Below, one piece after another: positions 1 to 9,131 of a stretch of DNA of 64,000 bases. Every line of letters begins with the position of its first letter. The stretch's first letter is position 1. Under the pieces are notes generated by a model. The model made no database searches. It worked only from the letters and a program-made list of their open reading frames with translations, and was not told the DNA's origin. This DNA comes from a virus (taxonomy: Duplodnaviria; Caudoviricetes), in the IMG/VR virus record IMGVR_UViG_3300043120_000039, positions 32,001-96,000 of that record. The stretch is one strand, 5' to 3'. The position numbers were made by a program, and so were the translations under genes.

Positions 1-155
1 TCATTCATAATTCAACTTGGAATTGCATTCTATGTTGCTTATAATGGAAACTCTTGGAAGATGGATAATCTTGAAAGTCGTGGATTTGACAAAGTAGGTG
101 ATTCTATTGCTGCTAAAAATAAAGAACATGCAATTAGTAAAGTGGAGGGTTAAAA

Positions 156-362
156 ATGAATAAACCAACTTGGATGCAAGGGTTGCTTGAAGCAGAAAAA
201 CTTCATAAAGGTTATGGATTTTGTATTAAGGATCTGTATAATTACCTAAATCAAGAATCTAATCTTGTGTCAGATGATTATAAGTGGAATGAATGGCTTA
301 ATGGTTTCCATGATTACATTTGCCATTTGAATAATTGTAAGAAGAAAGGAGTTGAATCATGA
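156..362 (+). CDS. hypothetical protein
   Basis: ORF with GGAGG SD; no recognisable motif. Confidence 0.6.
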   Translation: MNKPTWMQGLLEAEKLHKGYGFCIKDLYNYLNQESNLVSDDYKWNEWLNGFHDYICHLNNCKKKGVES

Positions 363-580
363 TCGAATATATTCAAACACATTTTGGAGAAGGATTTGCT
401 TCTGCAATGATTATGGGTGCAGTAGTATGCATCATGTTTGCAATCATTGAAACCCTTGTCAAAACTTTGATTCTTGGACAAAACATTCAATCTATTATGG
501 ATCGTGCTGATAAGAATTGCTTCAAAGAGTTTTGGGTAAGCATTGTGGTGAGTACGGTTGTTGTGATGTTGATGGTTTAA
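359..580 (+). CDS. small membrane protein
   Basis: two hydrophobic segments; ATGA overlap with previous ORF. Confidence 0.6.
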   Translation: MIEYIQTHFGEGFASAMIMGAVVCIMFAIIETLVKTLILGQNIQSIMDRADKNCFKEFWVSIVVSTVVVMLMV

Positions 581-617
581 GAAACTTGATAGATATTAAG
601 TTATAGAGTATACACTC

Positions 618-647
618 TTGACAAGTGTTCTTGTTTTCAGATACAAT
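618..647 (+). promoter_or_regulatory. sigma70-type promoter
   Basis: TTGACA-18-TACAAT. Confidence 0.7.
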
Positions 648-663
648 ATATTAAGAGGTAGAT

Positions 664-867
664 ATGATTAGAGAGAAACTTTGTTCTACTTTTAAGAACT
701 ATAAGATTGAAAATAAATTGTCTTACTCTACTTTGCAACAGGTAACGGGTTTGGCAAGAAGTCAATTATTTCAGATCATGAATCACAATGGAGATGGGGT
801 TAAAGTGGAGAGGATTGAGCAAGCAATCCATACATTAGGTCTTAACATTTATATGGAGATTAGTTAA
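664..867 (+). CDS. XRE/Cro-like helix-turn-helix protein
   Basis: LSYSTLQQVTGLARSQLFQIMN...VKVERIEQAIHTLG pattern. Confidence 0.7.
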   Translation: MIREKLCSTFKNYKIENKLSYSTLQQVTGLARSQLFQIMNHNGDGVKVERIEQAIHTLGLNIYMEIS

Positions 868-978
868 TGCGAGTAAATCTTAAACAAGATTCTATGGATA
901 TTGTTATGCATATTGTAAGGAAGCATAAGCTTAAATTAGAGGATAGTTTTGAATTTATAGTCAATAATCCAGAAGAAA

Positions 979-2643
979 TTGAAATCACGAGAGGTGAATT
1001 ATATGGTAAAAAAGGTACAAAAATCTTCAAAGAAAAAGGTTAGTAATTTACCTTTTTATAAGACACCTTATAGTAGATTACCTAAGAAAACCAAAGACTT
1101 ACAAGATGTTGATGAGAAACTTTTATCTTGTTCAATAAGCTCTCTTACAAGGACACACTACATAGAGTCTTTAGATAGTGATATTTCTATTGTAGAGTAT
1201 AGTGATTGTATAGATAGTTTATATAGTTTGATTGATGGTTCATCTAGATGGGATCTTATGAGTAAATTCTTATTGGATATTGCTCAATTTAAGAAGTGTA
1301 TATGTTATATCTCTGTAAGAAAGGATTCTTTGAAGAGTGTTAGTATTATAGATACTGCTTTGTATCTGTCGTCTATGTTAAGGTTCTATTACAAGAATGT
1401 AGTTAACAAGGCGCGTATACATAGCAAACCGTTAGAAGACACTTGTTTATTCTTTGCTAAACACTTACATAGGATGATAAAGAATTCCAATATGGGTCTT
1501 ATGTATTATAGGTGGAAAGGTGTATATACAAAAGCCATTAAAGATGATAGAGATATTAAAGAATCTATGGTGCATCCTAATTTTAACTACCTAATGGACT
1601 TGGTTGATATGCTAGAGTATAACCGCATGGGTGTATCCTTTATTGGATTTAAGTATAAAGATAAAAGTTCTGAGTCTTCACTTTTCATACCTAAAGGAGA
1701 ACTACTTGCTCACCTGATTAGTGTTTGCAGAGATGAGCCTTATATCAAAGAAAATAATAAACCAAGGAATACCATTATAGTCAGAGATTCAGATAAGAAT
1801 ATCGTATCTATAGATTGTTTTGATAATTTAGAGGAGTTCATTGAAGTGAATGAAAATATTATGAATAAATTAAATGATACTATCAGTGAACATACTATAG
1901 ACATTGATGGTGTTGTTTTGGATGGGATATCTTTCTCTCGTATATTTATTGATTCAAGTTTCGACTTATGCGGTAGGCTATTTGATAGAGGTGAATGGAC
2001 TACACTACCAAAACCAAAGAGAAAATTGCTTAAAATTGATGGTGAGAAGACCTTGACCGCTGATATTAAAGCACTTCATCCTAGCTTATTATACAGGGAA
2101 GAGGGTATTATACTACCTGATGATTTTGATCCGTATCCAAAACTTAATATCACTATCGACACTAAGGATATAAATAAGTATTGTAAATACTATAATATTG
2201 AGAAATACAATCCTCTAAGGTCTGTAGCTAAAATTGCATTACTTGTTATGTTGAATTCTAAATCTAAACAAGACGCTATCAAAGCTCTTAGATACAAAAT
2301 GATTCAAGATTATCAAAAAGCAGGTACAAGCAAAGAAGACAGTATGGACTATGTTGGAGTACCTATGGCAGATGTTGAAGAAATCATAAACCAAGTTGAA
2401 TCCCATAACAAACCTATATCCCATCATTTCTATACAGGTGTTTCAAAAAGACTTATGAGAATTGACAGTGATATTATTGTAGAGACAGCTAGGTTGTTGT
2501 TAGATGATAATATTGTTTTGCTCCCATTGCATGATAGTATTACTGTTGCTGAAAGTAAAATCCACAAAGCTGTAGACTACTTTAGAAAAGGATATATTAA
2601 AGTTCTTGGTGATGATGTTAATTTTAGAGTTGAAGTAGAATAA
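979..2643 (+). CDS. PolA/T7-RNAP-superfamily palm-domain protein (paralog 1); start probably ATG 1003
   Basis: GRLF, motif A-like ADIKALHP, motif B-like RSVAKIALLVMLN, motif C-like LPLHDS. Confidence 0.65.
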   Translation: MKSREVNYMVKKVQKSSKKKVSNLPFYKTPYSRLPKKTKDLQDVDEKLLSCSISSLTRTHYIESLDSDISIVEYSDCIDSLYSLIDGSSRWDLMSKFLLDIAQFKKCICYISVRKDSLKSVSIIDTALYLSSMLRFYYKNVVNKARIHSKPLEDTCLFFAKHLHRMIKNSNMGLMYYRWKGVYTKAIKDDRDIKESMVHPNFNYLMDLVDMLEYNRMGVSFIGFKYKDKSSESSLFIPKGELLAHLISVCRDEPYIKENNKPRNTIIVRDSDKNIVSIDCFDNLEEFIEVNENIMNKLNDTISEHTIDIDGVVLDGISFSRIFIDSSFDLCGRLFDRGEWTTLPKPKRKLLKIDGEKTLTADIKALHPSLLYREEGIILPDDFDPYPKLNITIDTKDINKYCKYYNIEKYNPLRSVAKIALLVMLNSKSKQDAIKALRYKMIQDYQKAGTSKEDSMDYVGVPMADVEEIINQVESHNKPISHHFYTGVSKRLMRIDSDIIVETARLLLDDNIVLLPLHDSITVAESKIHKAVDYFRKGYIKVLGDDVNFRVEVE

Positions 2644-2646
2644 CCC

Positions 2647-2675
2647 TTGACACACAACCCTGTTTGAGCTAAGAT
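2647..2675 (+). promoter_or_regulatory. sigma70-type promoter overlapping a terminator-like stem (AACCCTGTTT...AAGCAGGGTT-T tract, 2655-2718)
   Basis: TTGACA-17-TAAGAT. Confidence 0.65.
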
Positions 2676-2734
2676 TCTTATCAACAAAGATTGCTTATGT
2701 TAAGCAGGGTTTTATTTTTATAGGAGGAATAATT

Positions 2735-2977
2735 ATGATATACTTAATTTTAATTTTAGGTTTTATCTTATTTGCAGTAAGTTTAGCTTACATTGATAGG
2801 TATAATATTGCATTCTTCGGAGTACTTATTGCTACAATAGTTATAGCCTTAATAGGTAGCACTATACAGGCTCAATTAGAAAAAGAGTTTAGTGATAATT
2901 GTGTTGCCTCGAAAGGTTTGGTAATTGAAACAAGGCTTGGGGATTTAAGTTGCGTTGGCAAAGGATTAAAACATTAG
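2735..2977 (+). CDS. small membrane protein
   Basis: AGGAGG SD, two TM segments. Confidence 0.65.
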   Translation: MIYLILILGFILFAVSLAYIDRYNIAFFGVLIATIVIALIGSTIQAQLEKEFSDNCVASKGLVIETRLGDLSCVGKGLKH

Positions 2978-3007
2978 GGTTGATAAGCAGAATAGCTCAA
3001 ATTAAAA

Positions 3008-3091
3008 CTGAGACGCATTCTAAGACGTTTTAATCTGTAAGATGATGAATCGTATTAGGTGATGTTTAAGAGCTGTTAGGATTGATTACAG
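3008..3091. repeat. dispersed ~83-bp quasi-palindromic element, copy 1
   Basis: aligns with 28034-28116, 32353-32435 and 5878-5960 (ACGTTTTAA at offset 17, TAAGATGAT, right arm ending TTACAG). Confidence 0.55.
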
Positions 3092-3115
3092 GTAGTATTT
3101 CAACTATTACCACAT

Positions 3116-3140
3116 AAACCTCTTCGGAGGTTTTTCTTTT
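3116..3140 (+). terminator. rho-independent terminator
   Basis: AAACCTC-TTCG-GAGGTTT followed by T tract. Confidence 0.85.
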
Positions 3141-3171
3141 GCAAAATTACTCTCATGTAACATGGTTACAT

Positions 3172-3213
3172 TTGATATAGATCAAGATTGATCATCTGAA
3201 ACCCTGCGATAAT
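3172..3213 (+). promoter_or_regulatory. FNR box with class II promoter for nrdDG
   Basis: perfect TTGAT-ATAG-ATCAA (3172-3185); TGn-GATAAT -10 at 3208-3213 places the box at about -41.5. Confidence 0.8.
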
Positions 3214-3242
3214 AGTTATACACACTAAATAAGGAGTATATT

Positions 3243-5330
3243 TTGAAAGTAATTAAACGTGATGGTATCGAACAAGATTTCAATACCAATAAAATCTTCA
3301 ATGCTGTGAAGAAAGCGTGTTCTAGTGTTGGGTATTCTGATTATGATTCACACAATATTGCAGATCAAATTACAACAAAGGTAGTATTTAAACTTACACA
3401 CGAACACAACTTAACTGTAGAACGTATACAAGATGTTGTAGAAAATACGTTAATGGTAAGTAAGCACAAAGATATTGCAAAACATTATATTAGATATCGT
3501 GCTGAACGAGATCGTATCAGGGAAGGTAAGCATAAAGTATTTTATGATATTGAGGAATTCCTCAATGGTAGTAATGAAGATGTCTCTAGAGAGAACTCTA
3601 ATAAAGATTCTAATCAAACTGTAACTCACAGAGACCTTATTGCTGGTATTGTTAGCAAACACTTAGCAAAAACATCTTACCCACAACATCTTATCGAACT
3701 TGAAGATAAGGGTGCAATTCATATACATGATAAAGATTACTTTATTAGTAAAGGGATTCATAATTGTGGAGTTTATGATTTTGAGTATATGTTGGCAAAT
3801 GGTGTAAAACTAGGAGATGTTGAGATTGAACAACCAAACTCAATTGGAACCGCAGCTAATGTTGCCTGTCAAATATTTAGTAAGATTTCAGGATCTTCCT
3901 ATGGTGGACAATCAATGCATGAATTTGACAAAGTGTTGCAACCTTATGCTGAGAAAAGTCTTAAGAAGATTAAACAAACACAAGAGAAATACGGACTACC
4001 TGACAGTTACGTAGAGGAATCTTTACGTAAAGAAATTTATGATGCTTGTCAGACATTTATATACCAAATTCAAACGGTTACGTCGTCTAATGGTCAGTCT
4101 GCATTTACAACAATAAGTTTATCTTTATCACAAGACACTCTTTGTAAGATGATCAAAGAGGAATATTTGAAATGTCATATAAATGGTATCGGTAAAGAAC
4201 ATAGAAGCCCTATTTTTCCTAAAGTTCTCTACTTTGTAGAGGAAGGTGTTAATCTTAATAAAGAAGACCCAAATCACGAAGAATTTATTCTAGCTTTAGA
4301 ATGTTCCGCAAAACATATGTACCCTGATTTTGTCATGGCGCCCAATAATAGAAAAATGACAGGAAATTCAGAGAACGTAATTACAGCGATGGGCTGCAGA
4401 AGTTTTGTTGGTAAATATACAGAAGATGGTAAAGAGAAAGTGTCAGGAAGATTTAACCTTGGAGTAACCACTGTCTCATTACCTTATGCTGCCTTAAAAG
4501 CTGATGGTGATAAGGATAAGTTCTTTGATGAATTGTCATTTTTATGTGACAAAGCTTTTGAAGCAAATATGTTTCGTATAGAGAGAATGAAAGGAACTAA
4601 AGCTAAAGTAAGTCCTATCTTATGGCAATATGGAGCATTAGCTACTCTTAAAGCAGAAGATACTATTGACCACTTATTCTATAATGGTAATGCAACTTGT
4701 AGTATTGGCTATGGTGGTTTATATGAAGCACAAGAGATCCTTAATGATATGACGAAACATTTTGGCATGAAGGTGATTGAGTTTTTAAAAGATAAAACAA
4801 AAGAATATACTAAAAAGACAAATATTGCTTTTAGTCTGTATGGTAGCCCTTTAGAGAACGGTTGTTATACTATTGCAAACAAGCTTAAATCTGAGTTCCC
4901 TGAGTGGAAATTTGACAGAGATTTTATTACCAACTCTTTTCACCAACCTGTGTTTAAAAATTTAAATATTGTTGACAAGTTTGATGAAGAAAGTGACTAT
5001 TATTTATTAGCATCAGGTGGCAATGTGAATAATATTGAGTTGCCTAGTATGATAAATAATATCGAAGGATTTGAGTCTGTAGTTAAAGCAGCATATGATA
5101 AAGTCAACTATCTCATCTGTAATCAACCTGTAGATAAATGCTTTGAATGTGGTTATCGTGGAGAGTTTGATGCAAACGAGGATGGATATTTCTGTCCAGA
5201 GTGTGGTAATAATAACCCAGAAACTGCTGAATGTATAAAGCGCATCTCTGGGTATACCCACTCAGCTTTAGCACGTCCAGCTAATAAGGGTAAGTTTGAT
5301 GAACAGAAGTGTCGAGTTAAGAATGTATGA
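3243..5330 (+). CDS. nrdD: anaerobic (class III) ribonucleoside-triphosphate reductase
   Basis: N-terminal ATP cone (VIKRDG), IHIHD, MGCRS, CxxC..CxxC, glycyl-radical RISGY. Confidence 0.97.
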   Translation: MKVIKRDGIEQDFNTNKIFNAVKKACSSVGYSDYDSHNIADQITTKVVFKLTHEHNLTVERIQDVVENTLMVSKHKDIAKHYIRYRAERDRIREGKHKVFYDIEEFLNGSNEDVSRENSNKDSNQTVTHRDLIAGIVSKHLAKTSYPQHLIELEDKGAIHIHDKDYFISKGIHNCGVYDFEYMLANGVKLGDVEIEQPNSIGTAANVACQIFSKISGSSYGGQSMHEFDKVLQPYAEKSLKKIKQTQEKYGLPDSYVEESLRKEIYDACQTFIYQIQTVTSSNGQSAFTTISLSLSQDTLCKMIKEEYLKCHINGIGKEHRSPIFPKVLYFVEEGVNLNKEDPNHEEFILALECSAKHMYPDFVMAPNNRKMTGNSENVITAMGCRSFVGKYTEDGKEKVSGRFNLGVTTVSLPYAALKADGDKDKFFDELSFLCDKAFEANMFRIERMKGTKAKVSPILWQYGALATLKAEDTIDHLFYNGNATCSIGYGGLYEAQEILNDMTKHFGMKVIEFLKDKTKEYTKKTNIAFSLYGSPLENGCYTIANKLKSEFPEWKFDRDFITNSFHQPVFKNLNIVDKFDEESDYYLLASGGNVNNIELPSMINNIEGFESVVKAAYDKVNYLICNQPVDKCFECGYRGEFDANEDGYFCPECGNNNPETAECIKRISGYTHSALARPANKGKFDEQKCRVKNV

Positions 5331-5818
5331 AATATATAGATTACTCAAAATTTGATACACAGAATGGTACTGGTGCTAGATGTGTCATTTGGGTGTCAAG
5401 GTGTTCACACGGATGTGAAGGTTGTTTTAATAAAAACTCATGGGGTAATGTTGGTAATATAATTACACGAGAATTCAAAGATCAAATATTACAAGACTTA
5501 TCTCAACCTTATATAAAAGGATTAACTTGGTCAGGTGGAGACCCTTTACATAAAAGTAATTTAGAAGAAGTATTAATTTTCTCTAGAGAAGTTAAAACTC
5601 TTTTACCAAATAAAGATATTTGGCTATGGACAGGCTATACTCTTGAAGAAATTCAAAATGATTTATTACGTAGTCAAATTTTGGATGTGATAGATGTGTT
5701 GGTTGATGGGAAATATATTCAATCACTAAGAGATACATCTTTAAAATGGAGAGGTTCTAGTAATCAACACATATGGAAAAATATAAAAGGAGATTGGGTA
5801 GTTCATGAGGACAACTGA
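5327..5818 (+). CDS. nrdG: anaerobic RNR activating radical-SAM protein
   Basis: CSHGCEGCFN, SGGDP, WRGSSNQ. Confidence 0.96.
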   Translation: MKYIDYSKFDTQNGTGARCVIWVSRCSHGCEGCFNKNSWGNVGNIITREFKDQILQDLSQPYIKGLTWSGGDPLHKSNLEEVLIFSREVKTLLPNKDIWLWTGYTLEEIQNDLLRSQILDVIDVLVDGKYIQSLRDTSLKWRGSSNQHIWKNIKGDWVVHEDN

Positions 5819-5877
5819 CAAATTCATCGTAAAAGTCAACATCTCTGGTCAGATTATGTATTGGACCTTAAATGGCT

Positions 5878-5960
5878 CTGTAACGAGCAGAGAGAAGGCT
5901 TACATTTTTGATGAACAATCTATGCCTGAGATGTTTAAATCTTCTCTGAGAGCTTCCTAC
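5878..5960. repeat. dispersed ~83-bp element, copy 2 (inside a small ORF ~5805-5980)
   Basis: CTGTAAC left arm, AAATCTTCTCTGAGAGCTT right arm, same spacing as other copies. Confidence 0.45.
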
Positions 5961-5989
5961 GTTGAAATAGAGTATATTTAGATAAGAAG

Positions 5990-6015
5990 AAGCCCACTCA
6001 AATGAGTGGGCTTTA
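5990..6015. terminator. bidirectional terminator between convergent operons
   Basis: AAGCCCACTCA-AA-TGAGTGGGCTT. Confidence 0.85.
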
Positions 6016-6017
6016 GT

Positions 6018-6911
6018 TTATACGATCAATCCACCACCATTGCGGTCTATATCGCCTTCGTACCATTCTAATCGAGCACTAATTTCTTGTGCACTACGAG
6101 AATAAAATACAAGAAGATATGAAGTATTCGGTGCTAGTATACGATTTGATGCAAAAGATTGAGTTGTTGAACCAGAGGTTTGATTATTAACAGGTCCAAT
6201 TGCATAAATAGGAGCACCGAAAGGAGTTCCCCATGCAGCAGGAGCATTGGTTCCATTATTGGTTGGAATTTGTGTAGGGTTGGTGATAGTTATCCCTGTC
6301 AAAAGCTGTATACCTGATGCAACAGGGTTGATATCGGTCATATTATATACAGTGTCTGGAGTACCACCTGTATAAGTTGGGTTCTTGTAAATATAACCAA
6401 TCAAACCTAAATCTGTATATGCAAACTCTCGACGTTTTAAATCAACGGGTTTATCTCCAGTAACAATAACAGAATAATAATATGTTGCGTTTGTTGCATT
6501 AACTAAACGAGAAGCTTCCCACTGCACACCAGCCTTCTTATTGCTTTCATCATAAGATTGCACTGTTAAAGCTGCACCACCAGATTGGACTCGTGGGTCA
6601 GTTTCGCCAAAATCGGTAAATGGGTAAGTTGTTTGTACATATAATCTTCCTTTTACATTAGAGGAAGATTTTACCCATATTTCTTTTGCAGTAGCTAATA
6701 CCACTGTACGAGACAAACATTCATCTCCAGAATCCTGAAGAACTTTACCTAAATTTAAAGACGCATCTGGTTTTGTGTCAGATTCTTGTAACAAAAGAGG
6801 GGTACTTCCTTGGTTTATTAAGGTAAACTTTTCACCAATGGTAACACCACTTATGCTATTTACACTAACCCAATCATTATTGGATATTGATTCCATAATA
6901 TATAACATCAT
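6018..6911 (-). CDS. probable virion structural protein
   Basis: beta-rich T/G/S/N composition; last gene of the head operon. Confidence 0.55.
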   Translation of the reverse strand: MMLYIMESISNNDWVSVNSISGVTIGEKFTLINQGSTPLLLQESDTKPDASLNLGKVLQDSGDECLSRTVVLATAKEIWVKSSSNVKGRLYVQTTYPFTDFGETDPRVQSGGAALTVQSYDESNKKAGVQWEASRLVNATNATYYYSVIVTGDKPVDLKRREFAYTDLGLIGYIYKNPTYTGGTPDTVYNMTDINPVASGIQLLTGITITNPTQIPTNNGTNAPAAWGTPFGAPIYAIGPVNNQTSGSTTQSFASNRILAPNTSYLLVFYSRSAQEISARLEWYEGDIDRNGGGLIV

Positions 6912-7002
6912 TTTCCTCTATATAAAATAAAACCCAACTTCCTTGATAAAGAAAATTTGGTGTATTGTTAGAACCATTATCCAGATAATAATTCATATCA
7001 AA

Positions 7003-7078
7003 TTGTAGCCAGAAAAGGCGAGGAAGACACTCTGGAATGTCGTTCAAGGCGGTAGCTACTCCAACCTCTATCCTCTAA
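7003..7078 (-). ncRNA. candidate small structured RNA/cis-element
   Basis: GC-rich intergenic; GUAGCUA/UGGCUAC stem enclosing a GACA/UGUC hairpin. Confidence 0.35.
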
Positions 7079-7081
7079 ATC

Positions 7082-7591
7082 CTAACAATCTTCATCAACA
7101 GAGTTGATATTAGTCAAACTTCTATAACGTTTACGTCTAGGGCTGTATGGAGACCTCTCAGAATATTGACTAAATCTGTTAGTATCTCGTCTTACACGAG
7201 AAACTTCATCCTTACGTACACCACCAAGAATAATAGGTGAAACAGAACTCTTAGTGAATTCAACACGACATTGAGGTAATGATTCCCAAGGATTCTTTAC
7301 AAATTCATCCCTAGCACTTTCCCAATCTGAACTCTTGTCAACTTTATCGTGTTCAATTTCTACAGAACCTTCTCTTTCACGAATCTTACCTCCACCCGTA
7401 TTATCCGCAGCAGAAGATTTAATCAACCAAGAATAAAGAGATAAAATTGTATTATACATCACTTGACAATCATTGTCTGGATATGTATCCTGCCACAATA
7501 GAATGTAAGCTTCTACAGTTGTTTGTGGGAGAGTTTCTGATGTCAACCCCATAGCAAGATAAATAGCAGAAACCAGCTCTTCTAGTGTCAT
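7082..7591 (-). CDS. head-tail adaptor/head completion protein
   Basis: follows capsid gene; helical N-terminus, IREREGSVEIE motif. Confidence 0.65.
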   Translation of the reverse strand: MTLEELVSAIYLAMGLTSETLPQTTVEAYILLWQDTYPDNDCQVMYNTILSLYSWLIKSSAADNTGGGKIREREGSVEIEHDKVDKSSDWESARDEFVKNPWESLPQCRVEFTKSSVSPIILGGVRKDEVSRVRRDTNRFSQYSERSPYSPRRKRYRSLTNINSVDEDC

Positions 7592-7611
7592 TTTCTACCT
7601 CCAAAAACAAA

Positions 7612-7640
7612 AGAACCTCCTCCAAATAGGAGGAGGCTTC
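7612..7640 (-). terminator. terminator after major capsid gene
   Basis: CCTCCTCC-loop-GGAGGAGG stem with T-rich tail on minus strand. Confidence 0.75.
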
Positions 7641-7658
7641 ATATTATTCAACTAATTA

Positions 7659-8708
7659 TTAAGTTAGTTGGATGATTGCTTCTGGTTTAGTAGCGAAGTA
7701 CAGTTTCTTAGATTGAATTTCAAGAGTATGAGATTCATCATCTTGAGAAGTACGTTCAAATGCAAACATTTCTTGACCACCTTGGTTAGCCAGAGACAGT
7801 TTGTTTGCAGGACCGAAGTAACCACGAAGAAGGTCACGACCAGCACGTGGAACAGCAATACCTTGACCTGTACCAAGAACAGTAACTTCTGAACCGTCTG
7901 CTTCTAGGAAAGTTGGGTTGTAAGCAATGAAGCGTACACCACGATGTTCGAAGAAGTCAGTCACACCCCAAGAGTAGTATGCACTCAGGTCATCACGAAG
8001 AAGTTGTTTACCAGAGTTTTGGTACATGTTGTAAACTTCACGGAATTTAGGGTTAGCGATAATCTCATCAAACAGAGCGTAATCTAGGTAGAAGTCAATA
8101 CCTTGTACTGGAGTACCAGCCTTGATACCACTTGCAATTTTACGCTTAACTTCTGCAATCTTACCATCTAGGTCAACAGAAGTATTACCAGTATCTAGGT
8201 CAACAGTAAAGTCAGCAGCCTTATTCAGACCGTATACACCGTACATGTCAGTTTGACCAGCAACAGCACCAGTAGGAAGGTCACCCTTCATTGCTTTATA
8301 ACGTAGGTACTCATCACGTTGGTCATGTGCAAGACGTAGATCTTCAAGTTTGGTAGCACGAACGTTAGCAAGAGTTTCTGACATATCAGGAGAACCCGGC
8401 ATACGTTGAGATTGAATATCATATACATCGATATAATCCATCTCTTTGTAGAATTTCAGAAGCATTGCAATTTGCTCAACTTCACGGTCTTTACCAACAC
8501 CATGAGTTTTAGCTTGAGCAGAACCTTCTGACATCATGTTGATGCTGTTCTTAACACGGTCAAAGATGATAGAATCTTGAGAAGTTGCTTGAGTAGCAAA
8601 CATACCACCCATTGAGCGAATGAAACCAAACTGGTTGTCAATTACTCGTACTTCGTTGGTCCAATCAATAATACCATTGATGTTGCTTGGATCATGTGTA
8701 ATAGCCAT
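7659..8708 (-). CDS. major capsid protein (phage capsid E/HK97 fold)
   Basis: 349 aa, strongly biased high-expression codons, position after decoration and scaffold genes. Confidence 0.9.
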   Translation of the reverse strand: MAITHDPSNINGIIDWTNEVRVIDNQFGFIRSMGGMFATQATSQDSIIFDRVKNSINMMSEGSAQAKTHGVGKDREVEQIAMLLKFYKEMDYIDVYDIQSQRMPGSPDMSETLANVRATKLEDLRLAHDQRDEYLRYKAMKGDLPTGAVAGQTDMYGVYGLNKAADFTVDLDTGNTSVDLDGKIAEVKRKIASGIKAGTPVQGIDFYLDYALFDEIIANPKFREVYNMYQNSGKQLLRDDLSAYYSWGVTDFFEHRGVRFIAYNPTFLEADGSEVTVLGTGQGIAVPRAGRDLLRGYFGPANKLSLANQGGQEMFAFERTSQDDESHTLEIQSKKLYFATKPEAIIQLT

Positions 8709-8729
8709 TTTAAATTATCTCCTCAAAGA

Positions 8730-9113
8730 TTACAGTACTTGAATGCCAAGAGCTTCTAGAGCTGCAATAGCGGTTGATGGGTTAGCAACATCAGCATTGT
8801 AAGATAGAGAGTCACCACGAACTTGAGCTGGTCCTTTAACCAGAACAGCAAGAGTAAAATCACCACCAACAGTTGTGTCATCATTAACACGAGTATCAAT
8901 GAGAACTGCATCTGCATCTGCTTGCGTTAGATTAGCAACAAGAGTGTACTTACCAGAAACAGAAGTAGATTCTAGTACTGCACCAATTTCCAAACCACCT
9001 GCTGGAACTGTAACAGTAACTTCACGACGGCAGTAACCAGTTGATGGAACATATTCATGTTTAAGAACTTCACCTACTTTAGTAGGACGAGTATCAATAA
9101 CACCAGTAGCCAT
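8730..9113 (-). CDS. head decoration protein
   Basis: 127 aa, lambda gpD-like (GAVL...AVL...KGPA...ALEALGI), just upstream of MCP. Confidence 0.8.
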   Translation of the reverse strand: MATGVIDTRPTKVGEVLKHEYVPSTGYCRREVTVTVPAGGLEIGAVLESTSVSGKYTLVANLTQADADAVLIDTRVNDDTTVGGDFTLAVLVKGPAQVRGDSLSYNADVANPSTAIAALEALGIQVL

Positions 9114-9131
9114 TATTTAATTCCTCTTAAA

